Of a DNA stretch of 48,929 bases, positions 1 to 7,787 are shown piece after piece (the stretch's first letter is position 1; every line of letters starts with the position of its first letter). Below the pieces are notes generated by a model. It ran no database searches and was not told the origin of the DNA. It saw nothing but the letters and a program-made list of their open reading frames with translations. The position numbers were made by a program, and so were the translations under genes. Origin of the DNA: Vulcanimicrobiaceae bacterium (GTDB lineage: Bacteria > Vulcanimicrobiota > Vulcanimicrobiia > Vulcanimicrobiales > Vulcanimicrobiaceae); contig DATBTN010000042.1 of assembly GCA_036559195.1 (NCBI GenBank), forward strand, positions 1-48,929. The letters run 5' to 3'.

Positions 1-338
1 AACTCGGCGGTGTAGGCGCCGGCATCGACGGCTTTGATCTCGCCGATCTCCGGCACGCCCGCGAGCTGCGGGACCTTCGAGCGGATCTCTTCGGGAATTC
101 GCACCTTGTCGCCGACTGCCAACGCCACGCCTTCGGCGAAGAGGGCGTTGAGGCTATCGAGCAGCATCGGCAAGGGAATGCCGTAATCTTCGCTCACCGC
201 GCCGATGGTGTGCGATTCGCTAATCGCGCAGTTCGAGCAGCCGCCTAAATGGAAGCGCGCGAATACGCGGCGCGCTCCGGCGTGCAGCTTGAACGCCTGG
301 TCGACGGTCATCGCGGGGGTAAACTGTTGTTCGCTCAC
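1..338 (-). CDS. DUF1858-domain protein (hybrid-cluster-protein-associated redox disulfide family); N-terminal part only, gene continues past window start
   Basis: Minus-strand GTG start at 338 (in-frame stop 366-368 upstream). Translation MSEQQFTPAMTVDQAFKLHAGARRVFARFHLGGCSNCAISESHTIGAVSEDYGIPLPMLLDSLNAL matches the DUF1858 pattern. Not in the ORF track because it is truncated. Confidence 0.6.
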   Translation of the reverse strand, partial: MSEQQFTPAMTVDQAFKLHAGARRVFARFHLGGCSNCAISESHTIGAVSEDYGIPLPMLLDSLNALFAEGVALAVGDKVRIPEEIRSKVPQLAGVPEIGEIKAVDAGAYTAE

Positions 339-425
339 GGGCAGATCGTTCTCCTCAAGGATGCTTCATTGGCTAAAACGCATCTCCGGCCCCGCCGGTT
401 GCGTTCGAACGGCGGCCGGCGCCAG

Positions 426-800
426 GTTGCGGAGTACGCCTATAAGCCGGATTCTGTAGGGCTCGCGCCCCGACGACCATCTCTCTGGGGTGCGCGTTAC
501 CGCGCACCTCGATGCGACCTGGCTCGTTCGGACGGGCAGTCCGCGTTTCCGAGGAAACGATATCGAGCGCGTCTTGCTTCGGGTGGGGTTTACCCGAGCG
601 CGCGTCACCGCGACGCTCCGTGAGCTCTTACCTCACGATTTCACCCTTACGAGTTTGGCGACGAAGTCCCCAAGCTCGCGGTTTGTTTCTGTGGCACTTT
701 CCTTCGAGTTGCCCCGACAGGACGTTATCCTGCACCCTGCCCAGTGAAGCCCGGACTTTCCTCGCGATACCGCGTATCGCGCGGCCGTCCAGCGTACTCC
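426..800 (-). ncRNA. rnpB: RNase P RNA, bacterial type A
   Basis: The minus strand contains the universally conserved P4 strands GGAAAGUCCGGGCU (around 745-765) and ACAGAAUCCGGCUUA (around 445-460). It also has AAGGGUGAAA, GGUAAGAGCUCAC and GGUAAACCCCACCCGAAGCAAG blocks colinear with E. coli M1 RNA. The 5' GGAGUACGC pairs with the 3' GCGUACUCC as helix P1. Ends are within about 5 nt. Confidence 0.85.
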
Positions 801-854
801 GCGACTGCTTAATACGAAAAGCCCGGAGAGACGACCTCCGGGCTTTCGTTTATA

Positions 855-930
855 TGGTGGAGGCAAGGAGACTCGAACTCCTGACCCCTTGCATGCCATG
901 CAAGTGCTCTACCAGCTGAGCTATGCCCCC
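855..930 (-). tRNA. tRNA-Ala (anticodon GGC), CCA encoded
   Basis: Minus-strand sequence GGGGGCATAGCTCAGCTGGTAGAGCACTTGCATGGCATGCAAGGGGTCAGGAGTTCGAGTCTCCTTGCCTCCACCA folds as a cloverleaf. It has the G3:U70 alanine identity pair, anticodon loop AUGGCAU and a TTCGAGT T-loop. Confidence 0.85.
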
Positions 931-939
931 ACGGGCCCT

Positions 940-1015
940 TGGTGGAGACGAGGAGATTCGAACTCCTGACATCCTGCTTGCAAAGCAGGCGCTCTACCAA
1001 CTGAGCTACGTCCCC
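940..1015 (-). tRNA. tRNA-Ala (anticodon TGC), CCA encoded
   Basis: Minus-strand sequence GGGGACGTAGCTCAGTTGGTAGAGCGCCTGCTTTGCAAGCAGGATGTCAGGAGTTCGAATCTCCTCGTCTCCACCA. It has G3:U70 and anticodon loop UUUGCAA. Confidence 0.85.
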
Positions 1016-1113
1016 GCGGCCAATCCCCACGGTACGCGATTGAGGACCTCACAACCTTGCGTTTCGGCATACAAAAGGTGGATAATTTCTCTACCATAGT
1101 GGAGGCGCGGCCT

Positions 1114-1851
1114 ATGTTCGCGACCCTTGTTCTCGCGGCGGCACTCGGAAGCCCCGCATGTTGGGACATCTTTGACGGGGCGGTTCGCCGGCGCGCGGCC
1201 GCGTCGCATCCCGACTATGTCTCCTACGACGTTCGTCAAGTGCTCATCGACGACAATCAGCCGTTGATCTCGGCGCGCGCCCACGTTGAGTACCGCGACG
1301 ACGGCGTCGCGCGCGTTGAAGATTCGCGTTTCGATAACGAACCGTTCGTGACGCATCAAGCCGATCCCGGACCGCCCGAACTCGGACCGTACGGGAGCGA
1401 CCGCCGGTCCTGGCTGCCGGTCGACGAACTGCAGATGCCGCTACGCGTCATCGGCGACGTACGCGCGCACGGAACGTTCGATTGCGAGATTGCGGATACG
1501 GAGATCTACAAAGGCCACCCGACGTATCATCTCGTCTTTCGCAATACGCCGAAAAATCGTCCCGCGCTAAAAGCGATGTGGGTCGATACCAAAAGCAAAG
1601 ACATTTGGAAACTGATCGTCAGCGGATACGTGATCTTTGCCGACATCCCGGAGAAGCCGCTAACGGACTTCCAAGTCGAGCTAGGCTACGCCGGTCCATA
1701 TCTGGTCGTCAACCACGTAACGTGGGCGTACCGATTGCGCTCGTATTCGCAGTACGAGAATCTCTTCGGCGAGTATTACTTTACCGGATTCGATTTTCCG
1801 GCATCGCTGCCGAACTCGCTATTCGCGGAAAGCTCGACCGGAACGAGCTGA
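1114..1851 (+). CDS. secreted hypothetical protein; member of a 3-copy paralogous family in this window
   Basis: ATG at 1114 preceded by GGAGG (1101-1105). N-terminal signal peptide MFATLVLAAALGSPA. The C-terminal motif YHLVFRN..RPALKAMWVDTKSKDIWKLIV is shared with the CDSs at 23976-24809 and 28637-29611. The upstream part of ORF 1057 is unlikely to be translated. Confidence 0.6.
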   Translation: MFATLVLAAALGSPACWDIFDGAVRRRAAASHPDYVSYDVRQVLIDDNQPLISARAHVEYRDDGVARVEDSRFDNEPFVTHQADPGPPELGPYGSDRRSWLPVDELQMPLRVIGDVRAHGTFDCEIADTEIYKGHPTYHLVFRNTPKNRPALKAMWVDTKSKDIWKLIVSGYVIFADIPEKPLTDFQVELGYAGPYLVVNHVTWAYRLRSYSQYENLFGEYYFTGFDFPASLPNSLFAESSTGTS

Positions 1852-1867
1852 CGATTGGAAATGGAAA

Positions 1868-1893
1868 ACGGGAGACCGTTACCGATCTCCCGT
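1868..1893 (+). terminator. GC-rich hairpin after the preceding CDS (possible intrinsic terminator, weak U-tract)
   Basis: ACGGGAGA-ccgttaccga-TCTCCCGT perfect 8-bp stem, 17 nt after the stop at 1851, followed by tcgtagctctt. Confidence 0.35.
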
Positions 1894-1993
1894 TCGTAGC
1901 TCTTATGGGAGCGGTTCCCCTCGCGAAGTTGTCACCAGTATACACGGAGTCGCAAAGGTCCGTCCAGGGATTCCCTGGTTTTGGTCTTATCGC

Positions 1994-2022
1994 TTGACGA
2001 TATTATCGCATAGTGATAAAAT
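1994..2022 (+). promoter_or_regulatory. sigma70-type promoter of higBA (TTGACG-17-TAAAAT); predicted leaderless transcript
   Basis: -35 TTGACG at 1994-1999, 17-nt spacer, -10 TAAAAT at 2017-2022, only 5 nt before the higB ATG (2028). The spacer contains TTATC...GATAA inverted arms. Confidence 0.45.
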
Positions 2023-2027
2023 AACGT

Positions 2028-2318
2028 ATGGATTTTGCGGATCGTGGAACGCGGGATCTTTACAACGGCACCCCGTCTAAGGTTGCGCGCAAAGTCGTCC
2101 CGTCTGCGCTCCGTCGGAAGGCCATCGATAAGCTGACTCTTTTGGATGCTGCCGCGAACTTGGATCAGCTAAACATTCCGCCCGGAAACCGACTAGAAAT
2201 TCTACGCGGCGATCGCACGGGCCAGCATTCGATACGAATCAACGATCGGTACCGCATTTGTTTCCGCTGGACCGATGCTGGCGCAATCGACGTTGAGATC
2301 GTCGATTATCATACCTAG
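2028..2318 (+). CDS. higB: HigB toxin (RelE/ParE superfamily, plasmid-killer type)
   Basis: 96 aa. The motifs RLEILRGDRTGQHSIRINDRYRICFRW..VEIVDYH are the HigB-like toxin signature. Confidence 0.85.
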   Translation: MDFADRGTRDLYNGTPSKVARKVVPSALRRKAIDKLTLLDAAANLDQLNIPPGNRLEILRGDRTGQHSIRINDRYRICFRWTDAGAIDVEIVDYHT

Positions 2319-2327
2319 GAGAGAACG

Positions 2328-2648
2328 ATGAATCGCCCGCTAACGATCCCTGCGCATCGGCGCCCGACTTCTCCCGGCGGGATTCTCCTTCGGGAGTTTC
2401 TCCAACCGTTGGGGATCACGCAGTCCGCGTTTGCCAAGCACATTGGCGTTACGAACGCGCGCCTGTCGGAGATCATTCACGGGAAGCGGCCGGTTACGAT
2501 GGATTCTGCGCTTCGGTTCGAGCGAGCGTTAGGATTCAAGGCTGAATCATGGATGCGAATGCAACTGACGCTCGACATGTACGACGCGCTCCACGGGAGT
2601 ATGGCTAAGGCCGTTGGCCGGATCAAGCCAATCGCGCGGGCGTCCTAA
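2328..2648 (+). CDS. higA: HigA antitoxin (XRE-family HTH)
   Basis: 106 aa, 9 nt downstream of higB. The HTH segment FLQPLGITQSAFAKHIGVTNARLSEIIHGKRPVTMDSALRFERALG is typical of HigA/VapI antidotes. Confidence 0.85.
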   Translation: MNRPLTIPAHRRPTSPGGILLREFLQPLGITQSAFAKHIGVTNARLSEIIHGKRPVTMDSALRFERALGFKAESWMRMQLTLDMYDALHGSMAKAVGRIKPIARAS

Positions 2649-2741
2649 AAAACACCGACGATGGCAACCGTCGAGCGAAGCGGCGTGACGACGGCAAAAG
2701 CGACGGTCAAAAAACCGTCGCTTACGTGATCGCCACATTCT

Positions 2742-2818
2742 TGGTGGGCCATCCTGGGTTCGAACCAGGGACCTCATGCTTATCAAGCATGCGCTCTAAC
2801 CAGCTGAGCTAATGGCCC
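2742..2818 (-). tRNA. tRNA-Ile (anticodon GAT), CCA encoded
   Basis: Minus-strand sequence GGGCCATTAGCTCAGCTGGTTAGAGCGCATGCTTGATAAGCATGAGGTCCCTGGTTCGAACCCAGGATGGCCCACCA. Cloverleaf with anticodon loop UUGAUAA. Confidence 0.85.
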
Positions 2819-2931
2819 GCACAAGACAGAATTGTACCACACTTGGCAAGGCCTACCTGCCGACGGGCCTACCTGCCAACGGGCGGCTCGGCCGAAGGCC
2901 GAACGCGACGGATTGCGCCTAGCGCAATCCT

Positions 2932-3156
2932 CTAGATCAGTTCGATGTACTTCTTGACGACGTCGTCGTCGATCTTCATTTGAGCGAGTACCAGGGCTCG
3001 CTCGGTATTGTATTCGCGCTCGAGTTCGGTGCGCTCTTCCAGACTGAAGTCGTACTGCGCGCGCTGGACCGCGAGCAGCGCTTGTTCCGCTAACTCGCGT
3101 TCGTGGTCGGCACCGACGCCATCGGGCGCTTGCGCCGCGACGGTGCCCGCGAGCAT
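2932..3156 (-). CDS. small coiled-coil protein; stand-alone paralog of the C-terminal tail of the upstream gene
   Basis: ATG at 3156. 74 aa ending ...LAQMKIDDDVVKKYIELI, which parallels the ...MAQRRADDGIVKKFIESITQ end of the 3225-3602 product. No clear SD sequence. The longer overlapping 2932-3819 ORF was rejected. Confidence 0.4.
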   Translation of the reverse strand: MLAGTVAAQAPDGVGADHERELAEQALLAVQRAQYDFSLEERTELEREYNTERALVLAQMKIDDDVVKKYIELI

Positions 3157-3224
3157 CGCCGCAAGCGGCGCCGCGCCGGGCCGCCCCGCCGATGGGCGAC
3201 CCGTACGCGCGGTCGGCCGTTCGA

Positions 3225-3602
3225 TCACTGCGTGATGCTCTCGATGAATTTCTTCACTATTCCGTCGTCGGCGCGGCGCTGAGCCATCTGCACGTCGCGC
3301 AGGGTGTTGACCTCGCGCATCTGTTCCGACCGTTCGTCGATCATTTCGTTGAACGCATCGGATTGGATTTGCATGCGCTCTTGATGCTGCATCTGTTGGG
3401 CATACATCCCGACTTGAAAGAGTTCGTTTTGCGCGTTGAGCGCTCCGAGCCCGGCGTTTCCGAGCGCACCCGTAAGGTTGCCGCCGGTTGTGCCGCCTCC
3501 GGCGAACCCACCGGCGAGTCCCATCGTTGCGGCGCCGGCGGGTCCGCCCTCGAGAAAGCCGGTCGCCGCGCCGGCCAGGGCGCCGATCAAATTGAAACCC
3601 AT
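3225..3602 (-). CDS. glycine-zipper (GxxxG-rich) N-terminal / coiled-coil C-terminal small protein, function unknown
   Basis: ATG at 3602 with GGAGGA 7 nt upstream. 125 aa. The N-terminus MGFNLIGALAGAATGFLEGGPAGAATMGLAGGFAGGGTTGGNLTGALGNAGLGAL resembles a glycine-zipper membrane segment. It is followed by a Gln/Glu-rich helix. Confidence 0.55.
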   Translation of the reverse strand: MGFNLIGALAGAATGFLEGGPAGAATMGLAGGFAGGGTTGGNLTGALGNAGLGALNAQNELFQVGMYAQQMQHQERMQIQSDAFNEMIDERSEQMREVNTLRDVQMAQRRADDGIVKKFIESITQ

Positions 3603-3607
3603 TTCTA

Positions 3608-4267
3608 CTATCCTCCGCTGTTTTGATTGCTGGAATCGTTGACGATCGAGGCGAAATCCGGTTCGGGCGCCGGGCGCGCGTTGCTTTGCGGCGGCATCGA
3701 CGCGGGGCAGAGACCCGGAAACTGCAGCGAAAACGCTCGCAGCGAATTGACGCTCGCCTGCTCGCTCGGGCTTTCGGCCTGCAGCTCTTCGTGGACCGCC
3801 GAGCCGCCAAGATCGGCATAGTGCCGCATCACCGAATCCGCGTAGCCCAGTTTCGCGCCGTCCTGCCATGTGGTAACGGTACCGCAGGCCGTGGGACTGC
3901 CGGCATTATAAGCGGAGAGAGCGCGGTGAACGTTCCCGCCGTACCGCGCCAGCAGCCCGGAGAGCATGCCCGCCGCATAATCGGCATTACGCCCCGCGTT
4001 CATGGCCGCGCCGGTTCGTGCGAACGGGTGCCAGCGATCGTCGATTTGGAAGAGGCCATGGCCGTGCCCGCCGTCACCGAGGATGTTGCGGCCGCCGTTG
4101 GCACCCGGGCCGCCGGTCTCTTGGGCGGCGACGGCGGCGAGGAGTCGGGGGTCGAGTCCGTGCTGGGCTGCCGCGCGAGCGATTTGCGGCGCGTAAGCAA
4201 CCCCGTGGGCCGCAAGCTCGCTTATCGCGCTCGGGATACTTCCGATCGTGCTCATAGTGCCCGTCAT
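3608..4267 (-). CDS. lytic transglycosylase (lysozyme-like SLT domain) protein without signal peptide
   Basis: 219 aa. AAQETGGPGANGGRNILGDGGHGHGLFQIDDRWH..LSAYNAG matches the catalytic region of family-1 lytic transglycosylases. The N-terminus MTGTMSTIGSIPSAISELAAH is not a signal peptide. An alternative start lies at 4255. Confidence 0.7.
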   Translation of the reverse strand: MTGTMSTIGSIPSAISELAAHGVAYAPQIARAAAQHGLDPRLLAAVAAQETGGPGANGGRNILGDGGHGHGLFQIDDRWHPFARTGAAMNAGRNADYAAGMLSGLLARYGGNVHRALSAYNAGSPTACGTVTTWQDGAKLGYADSVMRHYADLGGSAVHEELQAESPSEQASVNSLRAFSLQFPGLCPASMPPQSNARPAPEPDFASIVNDSSNQNSGG

Positions 4268-4285
4268 TCACCCCGACCTACGGGT

Positions 4286-4315
4286 TTGACAAGGCGGACT
4301 GTCGGGGTCTACAAT
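4286..4315 (+). promoter_or_regulatory. near-consensus sigma70 promoter (TTGACA-18-TACAAT) for the yceD-rpmF-fab-acpP-ffh operon
   Basis: TTGACA at 4286-4291 and TACAAT at 4310-4315, about 30 nt upstream of the yceD GTG at 4344. Confidence 0.55.
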
Positions 4316-4343
4316 GGTGCGAGTTTGAAAGGGGTCTCCCTCC

Positions 4344-4850
4344 GTGGGGACCTTTCATGATGTTATGGGTTCTTCACACAAAATCGATATCGGCGGTCTC
4401 TTAGCCGGTGGGCGCCAACGCCTGCTGGTCGATCAAGATGTGGCGCTCGAGCCGTTTGAGGGGATACTCTTCCCCGAGCCGGCGCAAGTGCGACTCGAAC
4501 TTCATGCGATCGATCGCATGCTGGAGATCGCCGGAACGATCGACGTGGAAGCCCATGGCGAGTGCGATCGCTGTTTGAGCGACGTGACGCGGCAGATGCA
4601 CGTCGACGTCGACGAACAACTCGAACCGGAGGCGGACGGACGCACCGACCCGTTCGGTCCGAGTAACGTGCTGATGGGCGACCGTCTGGACGTGGCGGAT
4701 CTCGCGTCACAGTTAGTGTACAGCGCGCTTCCACCGGGCGTGTTGTGCGCGGACGATTGTCTGGGGCTCTGCGATAGTTGCGGAGAGAACAAGAACGAGG
4801 GCGCGTGTCATTGCGCGGCCGAACTGGAGATTAGAAGTGGCGAATCTTAA
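4344..4850 (+). CDS. yceD: YceD/DUF177 family protein (23S rRNA accumulation protein)
   Basis: 168 aa with C-terminal Cys cluster CADDCLGLCDSCGENKNEGACHC. Conserved position immediately upstream of rpmF. Confidence 0.8.
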   Translation: MGTFHDVMGSSHKIDIGGLLAGGRQRLLVDQDVALEPFEGILFPEPAQVRLELHAIDRMLEIAGTIDVEAHGECDRCLSDVTRQMHVDVDEQLEPEADGRTDPFGPSNVLMGDRLDVADLASQLVYSALPPGVLCADDCLGLCDSCGENKNEGACHCAAELEIRSGES

Positions 4851-5043
4851 ATGGAAAACCCCGCGCAGCAAGACGCGTAGCCGTCGTGCCGCGAATTGGA
4901 AGCTCAACCCGGTTACGACCGTTGAGTGCGCGCAGTGTCACGCCCCCAAGCGCCCGCATTTCGTGTGCGAGCATTGCGGCACGTACGACGGGCGCCAAGT
5001 CGTCGCAGTGAAGGACGATCACGCCGGGCATCAACACGGCTAA
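4837..5043 (+). CDS. rpmF: 50S ribosomal protein L32
   Basis: 68 aa. MANLKWKTPRSKTRSRRA... with a CxxC...CxxC zinc ribbon. GTG start overlaps the yceD end. Confidence 0.85.
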   Translation: MANLKWKTPRSKTRSRRAANWKLNPVTTVECAQCHAPKRPHFVCEHCGTYDGRQVVAVKDDHAGHQHG

Positions 5044-5046
5044 CCC

Positions 5047-6033
5047 TTGAATCAGACCGGGGTCAAGATCGCCGCCGTCGGGCATTACGCGCCCGACGAG
5101 ATCCTCAGCAACGAGGATCTCGAGAAGATTCTCGACACGTCCGACGAGTGGATCGTCTCGCGTACGGGCATGAAGCGCCGGCACGTCGCGGCCGCCGGCC
5201 AGGCGACGAGCGATCTGGCCATCGCCGCCGCGCGCAACGCGCTCGCCAAGACCGCATTAAAGCCGCAGGACATCGATTGTTATATCGTGGCCACGGTGAC
5301 CCCGGATTATATCTTTCCCGCGACGGCGTGTCTGGTGGCGGCGCGGCTGGGCGCGAAGGATAAACCCGCGTTCGATATCGAGATCGCCTGCAGCGGTTTT
5401 ATTTATGGCCTGACCGTCGCCTCGGCGCTGATTCGGTCGGGCGTCTACAAACGCATCATGCTTATCGGCGCCGAGACGCTGACTAAGATCGTGAGCCGCA
5501 CCGACCGCAGCACTGCCGTGCTCTTCGGCGACGGTGCGGGCGCGGCGATTCTGGAAGCCTCGGAGATCGATTCGTTTCTTTCAAGCGAATTGGGCTCCGA
5601 CGGCAGCAAGCCCGAACTGCTCTACGTTCCGGCGGGCGGCACGCGCAACACGCTCGATCCCGCGGCCTTCGCGGCCGGCCGTCAGTTCATCAGCATGGAA
5701 GGGCGCGAAGTCTTCAAATTTGCAGTCACGAAGATGATCGACGCCACCGAGATCGCGCTGCGCAAGGCCAATCTCACGCATGCCGACCTGACTTGGCTGA
5801 TCCCGCATCAGGCCAACAAGCGCATCATCGATTCGGCGGCCAAATACCTCGACATGCCGCCGGAAAAAGTGATCGTCAACATTCACGAGTACGGCAACAC
5901 GTCGGCTGCGACGATTCCGATCGCGCTCTCCGAAACGGTCGCCGCAGGCAAAATCAAGCCGGGAGACGTGATCGTATTCGTCGGCTTCGGCGGCGGCCTC
6001 TCTTGGGGCGCCGTAACATGGCGGTGGGCATAA
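5047..6033 (+). CDS. fabH: 3-oxoacyl-ACP synthase III
   Basis: 328 aa. Active-site context AFDIEIACSGFIYGL and C-terminal GFGGGLSWGA are typical of FabH. TTG start 4 nt after the rpmF stop. Confidence 0.9.
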   Translation: MNQTGVKIAAVGHYAPDEILSNEDLEKILDTSDEWIVSRTGMKRRHVAAAGQATSDLAIAAARNALAKTALKPQDIDCYIVATVTPDYIFPATACLVAARLGAKDKPAFDIEIACSGFIYGLTVASALIRSGVYKRIMLIGAETLTKIVSRTDRSTAVLFGDGAGAAILEASEIDSFLSSELGSDGSKPELLYVPAGGTRNTLDPAAFAAGRQFISMEGREVFKFAVTKMIDATEIALRKANLTHADLTWLIPHQANKRIIDSAAKYLDMPPEKVIVNIHEYGNTSAATIPIALSETVAAGKIKPGDVIVFVGFGGGLSWGAVTWRWA

Positions 6034-7001
6034 TGGCAAGAATCGGCGTCATCTTCCCCGGACAAGGCTCGCAAGCCGTCGGCATGGGCGTCGACGTGGC
6101 GAACTATTCCTCCGGCGCGCGCGTGCTGTTCGATCACGCGCGTTCGATCCTCGGATACGATCTGCTCGAACTACAGAAGAACGGCCCCGAAGAGAAGCTC
6201 CGCGAAACGCAATATAGCCAGCCGGCAATCTTTGCAACCAACGTCGCACTTTTCTACGCGTGCGGCGAGGAGTTGCAGCCGGTGGTGACCGCCGGTCATT
6301 CGTTCGGCGAACTTTGCAGTTTGACGGTTTCGCAATCGCTCACGTTCGATGCGGCGCTTACGATCGTCGACGAGCGCGGCAAAGCGATGCAGCATGCGGC
6401 CGAATTGGCCCCCGGCGGCATGTCGGCCGTACTCGGTATGGATGCGGAGAAGATTCGCACGATCGTCGCAGCCGTTAACGAACGCACCGGCAAGCGCGCG
6501 CGGCTCGCCAACTTCAACTCCCCATCGCAAATCGTCATCAGCGGCGATCTCGAAGCCGTGCAGGCTGCGGGCGACGCGCTGCTCGAAGCCGGCGCGAAAC
6601 GCGTGGTGCCGCTCAACGTTTCGGGAGCGTGGCATTCGCAGCTCATGGAGCCGGCCATCGAACGTTTCGCGCGCGCCGTCGACGGCGGGGCGTTCCTGCT
6701 GCCGCAATTCGACGTCGTTTCGAACGTGGACGCAGAGCCGTATCGCGATATCGAAACGATCAAGCGCAATCTCGTCCGCTCGATCAGCGACGAAGTGCGC
6801 TGGCACGATACCGCGCAGAGATTGCTCGCCTACGAATTGGATCTGGTGGTGGAGTTCGGCGCGAGCCCGGTGCTCGGTCCGTTGATGAAGCGCTTGCCCA
6901 ACGCGCCTTCGGTGATCAACGTCACCGACTACGCCGGAGTCCAGAAGATGCACGCGCTTCTACGCCAACCGCAGGGCGATAAAGAGCAAGCCCCCGCATG
7001 A
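6033..7001 (+). CDS. fabD: malonyl-CoA:ACP transacylase
   Basis: MARIGVIFPGQGSQAVGM with the GHSFGE active-site motif. Start chosen at the ATG overlapping the fabH stop (TAATG). An alternative ATG lies at 6018. Confidence 0.9.
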   Translation: MARIGVIFPGQGSQAVGMGVDVANYSSGARVLFDHARSILGYDLLELQKNGPEEKLRETQYSQPAIFATNVALFYACGEELQPVVTAGHSFGELCSLTVSQSLTFDAALTIVDERGKAMQHAAELAPGGMSAVLGMDAEKIRTIVAAVNERTGKRARLANFNSPSQIVISGDLEAVQAAGDALLEAGAKRVVPLNVSGAWHSQLMEPAIERFARAVDGGAFLLPQFDVVSNVDAEPYRDIETIKRNLVRSISDEVRWHDTAQRLLAYELDLVVEFGASPVLGPLMKRLPNAPSVINVTDYAGVQKMHALLRQPQGDKEQAPA

Positions 7002-7744
7002 GTTTCGCCGGCAAAGTCGCGTTGATCACCGGCGCCAGCCGCGGTATCGGCCGGGCGATCGCGGTGGAATTCGCCGCCCAAGGCGCCGATCTCGCATTGA
7101 TCGGCCGCGATCGCGCGGCGCTCGACGAGACGGTCGCCGCCTGCCAAACGGCGCGCGCCGCGGTCAAGACGCACGTGCTGATCGCCGACGTCGCCGATCA
7201 GGCGGCGGTCGATGCCGCGGTGGACGAGACGCTAAAAACCTTCGGCCGGATCGACTGCGCCATCGCAAACGCGGGCCAGTCGGTCGATGCACTCGTGCTG
7301 CGGCTCAAAAGCGACGTGCTCGACCAGATGCTCTCGGTCAACCTGAAATCGGCGTTCTTTCTCTGCGGCGCGGTCGCCAAGCCCATGATGAAGCAGCGCG
7401 GCGGCGCGATCGTGCTGGTTTCGAGCATCGTGGGCCTCACCGGCAACCCCGGGCAGGCCGCCTACGCGGCTTCCAAAGCGGGGCTGCTCGGCTTGGCCAA
7501 GTCCCTAGCGAAGGAATTGGGGTCGAGGAACATAAGAGTCAACGCCGTCGCGCCAGGTTTCATCGAGACGGCTATGACCGATAAGATGACCGACGCAATG
7601 AGAGAGATGATCCTTAAGAATGCAGCACTCGGCCGACCGGGAACGCCGGAGGATATCAGCGGAGTGGTTAGCTTTCTTTGTTCGGATGCTGCCGGCTACA
7701 TAACGGGGCAAACCCTGGTAGTCGACGGCGGCGTCGTGATGTAA
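6998..7744 (+). CDS. fabG: 3-oxoacyl-ACP reductase (SDR)
   Basis: 248 aa. [18 protein letters not shown] Rossmann motif and YAASKAG catalytic motif. ATGA overlap with fabD. Confidence 0.9.
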   Translation: MSFAGKVALITGASRGIGRAIAVEFAAQGADLALIGRDRAALDETVAACQTARAAVKTHVLIADVADQAAVDAAVDETLKTFGRIDCAIANAGQSVDALVLRLKSDVLDQMLSVNLKSAFFLCGAVAKPMMKQRGGAIVLVSSIVGLTGNPGQAAYAASKAGLLGLAKSLAKELGSRNIRVNAVAPGFIETAMTDKMTDAMREMILKNAALGRPGTPEDISGVVSFLCSDAAGYITGQTLVVDGGVVM

Positions 7745-7787
7745 GCACCGTTCGTTCCAACTCAACCATATTCAGAATAGGAGACGT

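Noticed and set aside
809-1169. ORFs 809-1030(-), 921-1169(-) and 1006-1359(-) from the six-frame track
   Set aside because: They overlap the two tRNA-Ala genes and the start of a signal-peptide protein on the other strand. Their compositions are Arg/Gly-rich with no SD sequence. They are artefacts of high GC.
2932-3819. Long 295-aa minus-strand ORF spanning the Gly-zipper gene in another frame
   Set aside because: The product is extremely Arg-rich (RRRR runs) upstream of residue ~220. It overlaps the better-supported 3225-3602 gene, which has a strong SD sequence. Only its last 74 codons (2932-3156) were kept.
5793-6032. N-terminal 80-aa extension of the fabD ORF (5793-7001) and ORFs 5581-6039(-), 6171-6953(-), 6349-6885(+)
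   Set aside because: The extension is Arg-rich and lies inside fabH. The true fabD start is the ATG at 6033 giving the canonical M..IAFVFPGQGSQ N-terminus. The others are antisense or out-of-frame shadows of fabH/fabD.
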